Made by a program: the position numbers and the translations under genes. A DNA stretch of 30,954 nucleotides, from the NCBI GenBank assembly GCA_041694835.1, contig JBGFRZ010000020.1, positions 1-30,954 of the forward strand, given 5' to 3'. This document shows positions 16,424 through 26,052 of this stretch, one piece after another; the stretch's first letter is position 1, and each line of letters starts with the position of its first letter. The notes below the pieces were generated by a model that saw only the letters and a program-made list of their open reading frames with translations, was not told the DNA's origin and ran no database searches. The DNA is from Ignavibacteria bacterium. GTDB taxonomy: Bacteria > Elusimicrobiota > Endomicrobiia > PHAN01.

Positions 16424-17258
16424 ACTTTTGTGCTATAGCTAAAATTGCCAAATACCACTTTTTTCTTAGCATCTTTGAAACATAGTAAGATACATATTCA
16501 ATTATTCTCCAGTAGGGGTCTACCTGGCAGAAATCTGTTTTTATTTTTATTATTTTAAAGTTACATTTTTGAAGCAGGAGTTTCAATGTATCAACAGAAA
16601 AATGATATAAATGTGGTTCTTTGGAATCAGGTGTATAAATTTGAAAATACTGTCTATTTACAAATCTATAAAATTCTTGTCCAATAACATCGTCAACATT
16701 CGGCACTGCTATAATTAAATAGCCACCGGGTTTGAGTAACTGCTCTGCTTTTTTTAGAGTTATTTCCGGAGATGACAAGTGTTCAACGGTATGCCAGAAT
16801 GTTATAATGTCGAATGAATTGTCTGGAAAATCGGAATTTTCAAGCGCAGTATTGTTGATGTTTAATCCAAATTTTTCTTTGGCATATTTTACCGCAAATT
16901 CGGAAACCTCTATACCATAAACATCGTATCCATTTTGTTTGGCGGTGTATAGAAACAATCCCTCTCCACAACCAACATCAAGAAGTCTTACTGAAGGGAG
17001 TAGTTTTTTTACAATTTTGAACCGTCTTTTCCATAGTTTTATTCTTCTTTCTTGTTGTTTTGGGCTGGTCCAGTGGGTATAATAATCGTTTCCATATCTT
17101 TTTAATAAGTCATTTTGTTCAGGTTGCGGGTTGGTAAATACCAATTTACATTCTGTGCAGGTGTATATGTATTTCCCATAAACGCCGTTTTTATATGGTG
17201 TAAATTTATCACCATTACAAATCATACATTTACCTATATTTCTCATATCAAGATACAT
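16398..17258 (-). CDS. Class I SAM-dependent methyltransferase with N-terminal Cys cluster
   Basis: CMIC...CTEC, LLDVGCGEG, WHTVEHL, LKPGG, VPN, HLYHF. Confidence 0.9.
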   Translation of the reverse strand: MYLDMRNIGKCMICNGDKFTPYKNGVYGKYIYTCTECKLVFTNPQPEQNDLLKRYGNDYYTHWTSPKQQERRIKLWKRRFKIVKKLLPSVRLLDVGCGEGLFLYTAKQNGYDVYGIEVSEFAVKYAKEKFGLNINNTALENSDFPDNSFDIITFWHTVEHLSSPEITLKKAEQLLKPGGYLIIAVPNVDDVIGQEFYRFVNRQYFQIYTPDSKEPHLYHFSVDTLKLLLQKCNFKIIKIKTDFCQVDPYWRIIEYVSYYVSKMLRKKWYLAILAIAQKYEDKNFVS

Positions 17259-17599
17259 AGGATGCGGATTTTCGCAGATGAGTTTATAGTTGCTTTAATC
17301 TGCGTTTATCAAAGTTGTTTCTGCGTTCATCTGCGTTCAATTATTTTTTAGGACGCAGATTTACAGGATTATCGCAGATTAAAAACTTTACCACGAAATC
17401 ACGAAAATTAGAAATCACAAAATTCTTTACAAGTATTTTCGTGTTTTTGCACTTTCGTGGTTCAAATCTTTTTTCATCTGCGTCTATCTGCGTTCAAAAA
17501 TAAAAAAGCGGAGTAGAAATAGGACGCAGGCCTTCGCAGATGAGTTTATAGTTGCTTTAATCTGCGTTTATCAAAGTTGTTTCTGCGTTCATCTGCGTT
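17258..17599. repeat. Three tandem palindromic units TAGGAYGCRG...ATCTGCGTT, with a 67-bp perfect direct repeat and a nested ACCACGAAA/TTTCGTGGT hairpin
   Basis: 17271-17337 is identical to 17533-17599; the middle unit 17349-17495 carries the nested element. Confidence 0.88.
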
Positions 17600-18584
17600 T
17601 TAAACTAATGTTAACAATTCTTTTTATCCTGCCAAAATCAAACATAATGTCAGCGGTCAATTTTATAAAAGGGAAAAGCAAAAAAGTTATTATTTTTTTT
17701 GTAGATGAAAAATTGTATGGATAAAAATAACTGAACATAAATCTTGTTCTAGATATCTGTAAAAAATACCATATAAAAAATGCCCCCGGCAAAATCATCC
17801 AGTTAAATATAAAACTCAATACCATAACAGGTAAAATTTTTAATATTACTGATGTTGAAATTAAATATTTAATATGAACAGTATGTTTTAAAAAAAGTTC
17901 TGCATCTGCTATTCCACGCCTTAAATACCACCGACACATGTCAAAAAAGTTTGTCTTTGAATAATGCCATAGTAATGCATTGGGGATATATCTAAATTGG
18001 TTCACTCCAAATTTTTTTGTTATTCTTATTCCTAAATCTGTATCTTCTCCACCATGAAAGTTTCTAAAATCAAAATACCCTGCTTCTTCTATGACAGATT
18101 TTTTTAAAATCATGTTACATCCGGTTACCTGAGATATTGATATAACCTTTCCTTTTGAAAAATTATGAAACCTAAAGCCCCCACCTGGATGGCCCATAAC
18201 ACCTTCTGAAAAACTTATGATATTAGCATTTTTGGGAATTGGAAATGTAGTACCCATAGCCCCTGCTATTTCTTTATTTTCCTTGATAACTCTTGTTAAA
18301 TTCTCAAACCAGTCGTTTGTAATTTCTTCATCATCGTCTATAAAAATTATATATTCACCTGTTGCATTTTTAACACCCAAATTTCTTTGAGCGCTAAAGC
18401 CCGCCTCCATTTTTGGAATTCTTATATGTTTGATATTACCATCAACTGATAGTTCTTCTAAAATATCTGATGCTTCTACAATTATTATTTCCAAATTTTT
18501 AGGAACAGATTTTAATAAACTTTCAAGACCATTTGTTAAATAATCTCTATTGTCTTTTGAGATTATAATTATTGAGTATTTCAT
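17589..18584 (-). CDS. Glycosyltransferase family 2
   Basis: YSIIII, QRNLG, IFIDDD, GCNM, GEDTDL; C-terminal TM helices. Start moved to MKYS at 18584. Confidence 0.9.
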   Translation of the reverse strand: MKYSIIIISKDNRDYLTNGLESLLKSVPKNLEIIIVEASDILEELSVDGNIKHIRIPKMEAGFSAQRNLGVKNATGEYIIFIDDDEEITNDWFENLTRVIKENKEIAGAMGTTFPIPKNANIISFSEGVMGHPGGGFRFHNFSKGKVISISQVTGCNMILKKSVIEEAGYFDFRNFHGGEDTDLGIRITKKFGVNQFRYIPNALLWHYSKTNFFDMCRWYLRRGIADAELFLKHTVHIKYLISTSVILKILPVMVLSFIFNWMILPGAFFIWYFLQISRTRFMFSYFYPYNFSSTKKIITFLLFPFIKLTADIMFDFGRIKRIVNISLKRR

Positions 18585-18672
18585 AGTAATATTGAACCAT
18601 ATTTTTACGATATTTTTCGCACATGAAAAGTCGAATATCAAGAAAATAGATCTGACTCCATCATCGAGTATG

Positions 18673-20118
18673 TCATTTTATTTTGTATAGTTTAAAATCG
18701 CCATCTTTATAAATCAAATCTAATCTATCTTGGTGCTCCGCTATCAGCGGTAGCAGAAATTTCTTGGTTGTATAAAGCGAAAATGGTTCGCAAACAAGAT
18801 AACTGGCATTTCTCAAGATTTTGTCGGCAAACTGCGGGGATTCAAAAGGAACAAAGATTGTTTTCGTTTCCGTAAAGAGATATATTATATCCGGGTTAAT
18901 TGTGGCTATAATATCATCACTTGCTGCACTTTTATCTATAAAACGCGCCGTTTCCATTAACTGACGACCTTTTTTTTCCTCTTCTTTTCGAGTGATGAAA
19001 AGATAATTATATGTTGAAAATAAATTTACCAACAATATCAACACAACGCCCAGCGGATAAATGTTAAATTTCAAAAAATGGGATAAAATTTTTAATGACT
19101 GGGAATAATAAAAAAATGAAAAGGCAATTATAGGCATCAGATATCTTGTACCGTGCATTGAAAAGGGAGCATAAAACATAAGTAAAAGCAAATAACCACC
19201 CATATAAAACTCCAAAGAAGTTCTTCTTTTGATTAAAGAATAAAAGAATCCCACCAAGCATAAAAAACTAAAAATTAAGGCAATCATACTTCTGCCAATG
19301 AACTCAATCCCGGTTAAATTTGCAGGCGCGGCATAAAATACCAGCGCATATATATTCTTTAAGATTCTTGCAAATATATTGGCGTCGTCCATTGTTAAAG
19401 AATGCTGTGCTAACGAAAGTTGAAGGCGTAATGTCCCCACTATCGTATCTTTGTATAACATAAACAGTGCGGTCATTGCAATTAAAAAAAGCCCAACGAT
19501 GATTTTTTTATTATATTTTGAAAACTCTTCTTCTGATTTAATAATAAACAACGAAATAAGCACAGCGATTATAAGTGTTATTCCAACATATCTCGTTAAA
19601 AACGACAATAATGCTGAGAGAAAAATAACAACCACGGCAAAAGGCGCGGATTTACGACGGCGAACTAAAAAAAATAATGTGGTTGTGGAGAAAAAAATAT
19701 AGACGACCTCAGGCAGCACATAATACATATATCTCACCATATACGATGAGATACCAACAGGGATTAAAACAATTATGGCTGTTTTCTCGTCGCTAACTTC
19801 TCTGAGCAAAAAATACAGCATAACCAGTGAGGACAATCCAAATAAAATTAAGAGTGTCTTGAGAATCAAAGGAGAGTAACCAAAGAAACTTAAAATAGGT
19901 GACAAGATGAAAGGAAAGAGTGGCGGAGTAAATCCTTGATGGGGCGGATTGTTAGGATAACATATGTCTCTAAAGCCCACTCCTTGACCAATTGCTTGGG
20001 CTAAATTCATATATAAAGCATGGTCGCCGAAAATTTGTGGTATAGGCGTCAGAAAACTGAAATACAAGACCGCAAAAAATCCTATTATAAGAAGTGAATA
20101 CTTTGTATATTGATTCAT
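18673..20118 (-). CDS. GT-C fold membrane glycosyltransferase (ArnT/PMT-like)
   Basis: GD..LY after TM1, PPLFP, TRYVG, RYLMP; many TM helices. ATG at 20118 overlaps the upstream stop (ATGA). Confidence 0.75.
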   Translation of the reverse strand: MNQYTKYSLLIIGFFAVLYFSFLTPIPQIFGDHALYMNLAQAIGQGVGFRDICYPNNPPHQGFTPPLFPFILSPILSFFGYSPLILKTLLILFGLSSLVMLYFLLREVSDEKTAIIVLIPVGISSYMVRYMYYVLPEVVYIFFSTTTLFFLVRRRKSAPFAVVVIFLSALLSFLTRYVGITLIIAVLISLFIIKSEEEFSKYNKKIIVGLFLIAMTALFMLYKDTIVGTLRLQLSLAQHSLTMDDANIFARILKNIYALVFYAAPANLTGIEFIGRSMIALIFSFLCLVGFFYSLIKRRTSLEFYMGGYLLLLMFYAPFSMHGTRYLMPIIAFSFFYYSQSLKILSHFLKFNIYPLGVVLILLVNLFSTYNYLFITRKEEEKKGRQLMETARFIDKSAASDDIIATINPDIIYLFTETKTIFVPFESPQFADKILRNASYLVCEPFSLYTTKKFLLPLIAEHQDRLDLIYKDGDFKLYKIK

Positions 20119-21452
20119 CGAGTTTGACTGATAATTTCCTTGTATGCGTAAATAATCTTCTTTACAATATTTTTCCACTGGTATTTCTCTTCAATAATTT
20201 TTCTTGCATTCAGTCCTAATTCTTCTCGCCTTTCCGGATTGTTTAACAGCCTGACGGTTTTTTGCGCAAATTCGTTGGGATTATCGGCAATAACGGCGTT
20301 ATAGTTGTCAATTACTTCTATTCCTTCGTACGAATGTTTTGTGGCGACAACAGGAAGTCCGCAGGCAAGTGCTTCAAGAATTTTATTTCTAATTCCAAGA
20401 CCAGTTCTTATCGGAGCGACAAAGATATTAGAATTTTTGAGGTATTCATAAATATTTTCTACAAATCCTGTAACTGTTATTGAGGTATCTTCTTTAGCAA
20501 GTTTCAAGACATCTTTAGATGGATTTCTCCCTACTATATAAAATTTGACATCTTTAACTTCTTTTTTTATTTTGGGGTAAATATTTTTGACAAAATATAC
20601 ACAAGCATCTACATTTTGAAAAAATGACATATCGCCGGTAAAAATAAGATTTTTGCTGTCTGCAATATCGGTTCCTATAAATTTTGTTGTGCGAACATTT
20701 TTCCAACCTCCCATAGCGTCTCTCCCAAATCCCCCTCTATCCCCCTTTGCAAAAGGGGGAAGCGAAGCGGGGGGATTTTTTTCCTTTATTACAGGGGAGA
20801 AGGGGATATCCCCTCTATTAAGAGGGGGTAGGGGTGTGTAAAGGGAGCTTTCAATCTCTACACCGTTTGGAACAACATAAACCTTTTTATCGGAATGTCT
20901 GTCAAGGATATATTTTTTTGCTTCGTCTGATACAACGAAGAAATGCTTAAAATGGCTATAAAATTTAATGTCAGAAATATAAAATCGTGGTATTCGCGTC
21001 AGTTTTATAAACTTTTTAAAGATATTGGTTTCATAAACAACTTCATACCAAGCACCTTTTAACCCACAAGCCCATAAATCTATAACTACAGGAACATTTT
21101 TTATATTTAAAGAATATTCAGCCATCTGAAATTTATGAACATGAATCAGGTCATACTTGTTTTCAGAAAGCACCCTGTTGGCGAGTTTCAAAAAATTCTT
21201 ATCTTTTGTATATGCTCGGAACAAGAATAAATTAGTTAATCGTTGAGACAATCCGTTATTTGGCTTATCGACAAAATAGATTTTATTTACATTTGCACTT
21301 ATATCATCGGGATTGTTCTCGTTTATGTCAGCATGACAGATTAAATCAACTGAAACTTTTTCTTGTTTCAGATATTTCAATTGCTCATACATTCTTGAAG
21401 CGCCTCCACCTAAAGTGTGCGGCATCTCGGGTGTTACAAAAAGTATTTTCAT
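20115..21452 (-). CDS. Glycosyltransferase family 4 with an in-frame palindromic insertion
   Basis: VPNGV, IFTGDM..FQN, VGRNP, GIRNKILEALACGLPVV; long Pro/Gly-rich interdomain linker. Confidence 0.9.
   Translation of the reverse strand: MKILFVTPEMPHTLGGGASRMYEQLKYLKQEKVSVDLICHADINENNPDDISANVNKIYFVDKPNNGLSQRLTNLFLFRAYTKDKNFLKLANRVLSENKYDLIHVHKFQMAEYSLNIKNVPVVIDLWACGLKGAWYEVVYETNIFKKFIKLTRIPRFYISDIKFYSHFKHFFVVSDEAKKYILDRHSDKKVYVVPNGVEIESSLYTPLPPLNRGDIPFSPVIKEKNPPASLPPFAKGDRGGFGRDAMGGWKNVRTTKFIGTDIADSKNLIFTGDMSFFQNVDACVYFVKNIYPKIKKEVKDVKFYIVGRNPSKDVLKLAKEDTSITVTGFVENIYEYLKNSNIFVAPIRTGLGIRNKILEALACGLPVVATKHSYEGIEVIDNYNAVIADNPNEFAQKTVRLLNNPERREELGLNARKIIEEKYQWKNIVKKIIYAYKEIISQTR
20727..20840. repeat. 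REP-like palindromes (TCCCCCTTT-N3-AAAGGGGGA type) inside a CDS
   Basis: aaatccccctctatccccctttgcaaaagggggaagcgaagcggggggattt plus degenerate cccctctattaagagggggtagggg; same family as 30863-30896. Confidence 0.85.
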
Positions 21453-22570
21453 TGCAGCGCTTTTTTAAAAACTTCCAGGGTTTCCCTTGCAGTTTTTTCC
21501 CAGCTAAAATTCTGGGCGCATTTTAGCCCTTTAATACTAAGTTCATTCTTGAGTTGTTCATCGTTGAGAACTTTAAGGATAGAATTAGAAATTTCATCTT
21601 GAGCCAATGGATTTACCAGTAATCCTGCATCTCCGACAACTTCAGGTATGGAGGTAACATTAGACGCTACTACTGGTATTCCACAACTCATTGCTTCAAG
21701 TACAGGAAGACCAAAACCTTCATACAGAGAAATAAATACAAACAGGTCAGCAGCGTTATAAATGTAAGGCAAATCCTCGTCAAGAATATATCCGGTAATT
21801 TTAATTTCATCTATTAGATTTAATGATTCGATCTTTTTGAGGACATCCGCTCCCCATAATGTCTTTCCACAAAGTACAAGTTTGTGCGGAATTTTATATA
21901 TCCTTTTTAGTTTTTCAAAAACATTTACCAGCCGTAGTAAATTTTTATGCGGACCGATATTGCCAACATAAAGAATGTAGTCAGAGTCAATACTGTATTT
22001 TTTAATTACATTGCGGACTTTTTCTTTGTCTTGGATAGGTCTGAAATTTTGAGCAGCAGCCAAGTGGACAACGATAACCTTTTCAGGTTCAACTCCATAA
22101 TGTTTGCATAGTTCATTTTTTGTATATTCGGAAATGGCAATTAGATATTTTGAACGTTTTATTGTATTTTTAAGTCGCAAATCAAAGAGGTGTCTGTGTT
22201 CTTTATATTCATCGTAAAGCATTGTGGTAATATCATATACCACTGACACAACAGAACATTTTTTAAATACGGGGGAAAAATAAATCGTTGAAAAATATAC
22301 TTCCGGATTCTGAAAATAATTCTCCGTGAAAGGAATATAATATTTATTTTTTGTCCACAGAAATTCCAAAAACCTGTTTGGTAGAGGGATGTTGTAAGAA
22401 CGGACATTGGGCGATGAGTTAAAATTATTTGTGGGTTTCTTAGAAATGCGAAAAAACAGTGAATATAAATTTTCGTTGTCAATTTCAAAGATATGTTTTA
22501 ATAAATAATGCAAATATGACCTGCCACCCGCTTGTCCTAACAAAGGCAGGGCATCAATTGCTATTTTCAT
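21449..22570 (-). CDS. Glycosyltransferase family 4
   Basis: [39 protein letters not shown]. Confidence 0.93.
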   Translation of the reverse strand: MKIAIDALPLLGQAGGRSYLHYLLKHIFEIDNENLYSLFFRISKKPTNNFNSSPNVRSYNIPLPNRFLEFLWTKNKYYIPFTENYFQNPEVYFSTIYFSPVFKKCSVVSVVYDITTMLYDEYKEHRHLFDLRLKNTIKRSKYLIAISEYTKNELCKHYGVEPEKVIVVHLAAAQNFRPIQDKEKVRNVIKKYSIDSDYILYVGNIGPHKNLLRLVNVFEKLKRIYKIPHKLVLCGKTLWGADVLKKIESLNLIDEIKITGYILDEDLPYIYNAADLFVFISLYEGFGLPVLEAMSCGIPVVASNVTSIPEVVGDAGLLVNPLAQDEISNSILKVLNDEQLKNELSIKGLKCAQNFSWEKTARETLEVFKKALQ

Positions 22571-23861
22571 TCAATAATTCCTTTAAACTCCTGAACCGCA
22601 AAAAATCAAATTTTAGCAGGAATATGTCTTTGAGCAAATTGAAGTTTGTAATATTTCGTATTACGTAATTGCAAATCAAAAAACCGACGAACTGCGTTAT
22701 GATGGTGGATAGAGCTGCACCCTTCGCCCCATATAGCGGTATTAAAATAAAATTAAGTAAAATGTTAACTGAAAGATTAAGGGCGGCGATAACGAGTACT
22801 CTTTTTTGTTGTCCGGCTGAAATAAATATATTGCCGTAAATAATATTTGAGTAAACAAACATAATACCAATGGCAAGGAGTTTGAACACATCTATTGAAT
22901 TGTGATACTTTTCGGACAGGATGAGTAAAATCAGTGGTCTGCTCAATAATAAGGAAAAAACAAAAATAAAAAATCCTATGCAAAATATAATTTTTAGTGT
23001 TCCTTCAACTAAAGCATTATAAGTTTTTTTGTTATCTTCATAATATTTTGATAAGAGAGGAAAAACAACGCTGCTTATGACAGCAGGGACAAATAATAAA
23101 AAGTTATAAAACTGCAAAGCGCCGCTGTAGAACCCCACTTCTGTGTTTGATTTGAGAAAGGATAACATTACGATGTCAATTTTTGTATAAAGGGTTGAGA
23201 GTATGATTACAATAAATAGCGGAATGGATTCTTTGAGCAAAAATTTTGTCTTGTCTATATTAAACTTGTAAACGGGTTTTATGAATGATAAACCGACGAA
23301 AAATAACACGAGTCCAGGAATAATTTCAGAAAGAACATGCGTGCCTAACACCCCGAAAGTTCTGAAATTCAATCTGCTTATTATAATGAGCCCCAACAGA
23401 AATAATACCTTTTTTAGAATGTTGACAGATACAATGTACCATGTTTTTAGTTCAGAATAGAAAACTGAGTTTATGGTCAACAAAGGATATGTAAAAAAAG
23501 TAGTGGTGGTTATTATGACCGCTGATTGTTTAACCTTATTATTAAACGAAAAAGATGTGACTGCTATCAATAAAACACAAAAGAGCAGCAAAAAAACTCT
23601 CAAGATTGCAGCATCACCGATAAGAACTCTGCCAAACTCTTTGTTTTTACTCAACTCCCGCGTAAGTACGGGTGCCATGCCGAGGTCCAGAATTGGAGCA
23701 AAGATCGCAATATATGAAATGGCAAAAGCATAAAGACCAAATTCTTCCACACTTAAGTATCTAACCAAAATCGGCAAAATCATCAGTGACAAAAATGTCT
23801 CAGGAATTTTTCCGCCTATTTGTGAAATGATATTGGCTCCAATCCTCTTAGTGATGTTCAT
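22554..23861 (-). CDS. wzx: Wzx-type oligosaccharide flippase
   Basis: About 12 TM helices, RYLSVEEFGLY, DLG, KIDIVMLS, VGFYS, FPLLS, NFILIPLYGAKGAA. Confidence 0.9.
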   Translation of the reverse strand: MNITKRIGANIISQIGGKIPETFLSLMILPILVRYLSVEEFGLYAFAISYIAIFAPILDLGMAPVLTRELSKNKEFGRVLIGDAAILRVFLLLFCVLLIAVTSFSFNNKVKQSAVIITTTTFFTYPLLTINSVFYSELKTWYIVSVNILKKVLFLLGLIIISRLNFRTFGVLGTHVLSEIIPGLVLFFVGLSFIKPVYKFNIDKTKFLLKESIPLFIVIILSTLYTKIDIVMLSFLKSNTEVGFYSGALQFYNFLLFVPAVISSVVFPLLSKYYEDNKKTYNALVEGTLKIIFCIGFFIFVFSLLLSRPLILLILSEKYHNSIDVFKLLAIGIMFVYSNIIYGNIFISAGQQKRVLVIAALNLSVNILLNFILIPLYGAKGAALSTIITQFVGFLICNYVIRNITNFNLLKDIFLLKFDFLRFRSLKELLNENSN

Positions 23862-23909
23862 TTTATCCGCATAATTATTTGATATTTACAATTGCCGCTC
23901 AATCGGCAA

Positions 23910-24716
23910 CTACAATAATTTTCTTGCTTTTAAAACAACTATTCCATTTACCCCGCAAAATGATACTGCCGACGATTGTTCAAGAGATTCCTTGTCGCAC
24001 GGACGCCATATCGTGTTTTCTTTTCGTTTAAAATAAAGGGCTGATTCAATTTTAAAATTTTTAAGCAGCAAATTTAATGAATGTTCATCGTATACTCGGT
24101 AATTATTTGTTTCTTCATATTTTCCGAACGGAACACTCATAATAAAAATACCTTGAACTTTCAATATAGTAAAAATTTTCTCGGTTGTCCTTGCATCTCC
24201 ATCTGTGTAAACATTTGAACCATATACACTTTTTCCGATGTGTTCAATGGTAGAAACTGCAATCACAGCATCAAAACTTTCGGAAGGTAGTTTTAATTCA
24301 GTAAAGTCACCTTTTAGAGATGTGAGATTGGGATGCTTAAATTGATAATCCCGCAAATCAACGCCAGTAACTTTGTATCCCAAACTGGCTAACTCTAACG
24401 ATAAATAACTCCCCCTATGCCCCAAGTCCAGTATTTTACTTTCCGCGGGGGCATCGCCCAATAGCATAAATGTGATAGGCCATTCAATTAGACGTTCCGT
24501 TGCGTATAGGTCGAAGTATTTTTCTCTTTTATATTTCCACAGAAAATTAAATACCAATTTCAACCGGTAGAAAATATTCTTAGGGGCTTTATAATATAAA
24601 GTCCATATAAACGTTTCCGGGGGTAATTCATAAAAGCGGAATTTTATAAAAATTTGTTCCCAGAAAAGTTCTTTGAAATTTTTAAGAATTTTCAAGAATT
24701 TATGTTTCACTTGCAT
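23910..24716 (-). CDS. SAM-dependent methyltransferase (DUF268-like)
   Basis: ERLIEWP, ILDLG, GVDLR, STIEHIG..YG, SVPFG, RVYD. Confidence 0.8.
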   Translation of the reverse strand: MQVKHKFLKILKNFKELFWEQIFIKFRFYELPPETFIWTLYYKAPKNIFYRLKLVFNFLWKYKREKYFDLYATERLIEWPITFMLLGDAPAESKILDLGHRGSYLSLELASLGYKVTGVDLRDYQFKHPNLTSLKGDFTELKLPSESFDAVIAVSTIEHIGKSVYGSNVYTDGDARTTEKIFTILKVQGIFIMSVPFGKYEETNNYRVYDEHSLNLLLKNFKIESALYFKRKENTIWRPCDKESLEQSSAVSFCGVNGIVVLKARKLL

Positions 24717-26052
24717 TCTCTAATCTGTGTAAAACTCCAACAACTGCCGCCAGAAACCAAAAAGGTTGCATTATTCTGACAATTATGAAAGTGTTAACTC
24801 CAATAGACTGGAAAAGAAGTCCTATGAGGGCAGCGAGTAATCCTATGCTCACTGAAACAGATAAATCACTTTTGGCATTTTTAAGAACATCCACAGACAT
24901 TTTAAAGATTGAATAAATTAACCAGATGAATGTTATGAATCCAATTAACCCGAATTCGCCGATTATCCGCGGAAACTGAGCGTCAACGAGTCCTACACCG
25001 GTAGCGCCATGACCAAAGAAGGGACGTTTCGGAAGCCATATTGTGAAAGCATTTTTCCAGCTATCTACGCGGGCGGCGGCTGATAATTCCAAGTTAATTC
25101 CTAAATCGCTTTTAGGTCCGGTAAATGTCTCCTTCATCCGGTTTATCGCGGAACTGGTCAGATCCGGCACGATTAAAGGGGCGGCGGCGAGAGAAAATAA
25201 AGTAAGGACTACAAGCGTAAATTTTCTTTTCGGAGAAAAAAATACAAGTGCAGGTATCACGATTCCAATAGAGTAATAAGACGCTCGCGAAAGCGTTCTA
25301 ATAAACGGGGGAATTAAAAACAAAAGCAACCCCAGCGAAAAATATCTGACTTTTTGTTTTTCATAATTCATGAAAAAAGAAAGCGCCAGAGACATAATAA
25401 TTAACAGATATCCCCCCAGAGTTCCGGCCTCACCAACCGTGCCAGCCGCATCGTGGTCAAATGGTGGATAAACCCTTTCTGCCGTCGGAAAAAGCGAGTA
25501 AGCGTAAACAGCGACAACTATTGCGGTTATTGTTCCAGCGATAATAATTTTTTTAAGAGACTCGAGCGAATTAATTATGTTAACCGCAAGCCAGAAGAGT
25601 ATGAAATACTGGATATACTTCAACACGAAAAAAAATGAAGTCAGGGGTTTTAATCTTCCATCAAAAATACCGAGAGCCGTCGAGATAAAATAGACAAGTA
25701 CTATTGCCACAAGAGGCGTGTCTATCGGAGTTTTTATGAATTTCCTGGCATGGGGCGTAATCGCATGATATGCTATGTATGCTATAAAGACAGCCACGAG
25801 AAGAAAATCATCTATCCTGACCGTTATCGAGCGACCGGGAATTTTTGCCAGTTCGATTTCCGGGGAAAGAAGCATCGAAAATACCAGAAGTATGAGCCCG
25901 TTTTCAGGGTTCTGGAATGTTATAAGCCCGACTATTGCGGCGAGAAGTATGCCGAAAACTATGAATATGTTTCCGACAGCTATAAGTCTTCCCAAAAGAA
26001 CCGCACCCAGCATTACGGCCACAAAAAGAATTACGGCAGGAATCCTGAACAT
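24700..26052 (-). CDS. O-antigen ligase/Wzy polymerase-like membrane protein
   Basis: About 12 TM helices, TLSRASY, SAAARVDSW, PFFGHG, EFGLIG; located directly after wzc. Confidence 0.8.
   Translation of the reverse strand: MFRIPAVILFVAVMLGAVLLGRLIAVGNIFIVFGILLAAIVGLITFQNPENGLILLVFSMLLSPEIELAKIPGRSITVRIDDFLLVAVFIAYIAYHAITPHARKFIKTPIDTPLVAIVLVYFISTALGIFDGRLKPLTSFFFVLKYIQYFILFWLAVNIINSLESLKKIIIAGTITAIVVAVYAYSLFPTAERVYPPFDHDAAGTVGEAGTLGGYLLIIMSLALSFFMNYEKQKVRYFSLGLLLFLIPPFIRTLSRASYYSIGIVIPALVFFSPKRKFTLVVLTLFSLAAAPLIVPDLTSSAINRMKETFTGPKSDLGINLELSAAARVDSWKNAFTIWLPKRPFFGHGATGVGLVDAQFPRIIGEFGLIGFITFIWLIYSIFKMSVDVLKNAKSDLSVSVSIGLLAALIGLLFQSIGVNTFIIVRIMQPFWFLAAVVGVLHRLENASET

Noticed and set aside
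17258-17599. CRISPR array
   Set aside because: Only three long unequal units, no unique regular spacers, no cas genes.
23891-23908. Hairpin TTGCCG-6-CGGCAA
   Set aside because: A 6-bp stem with no U-tract could arise by chance.
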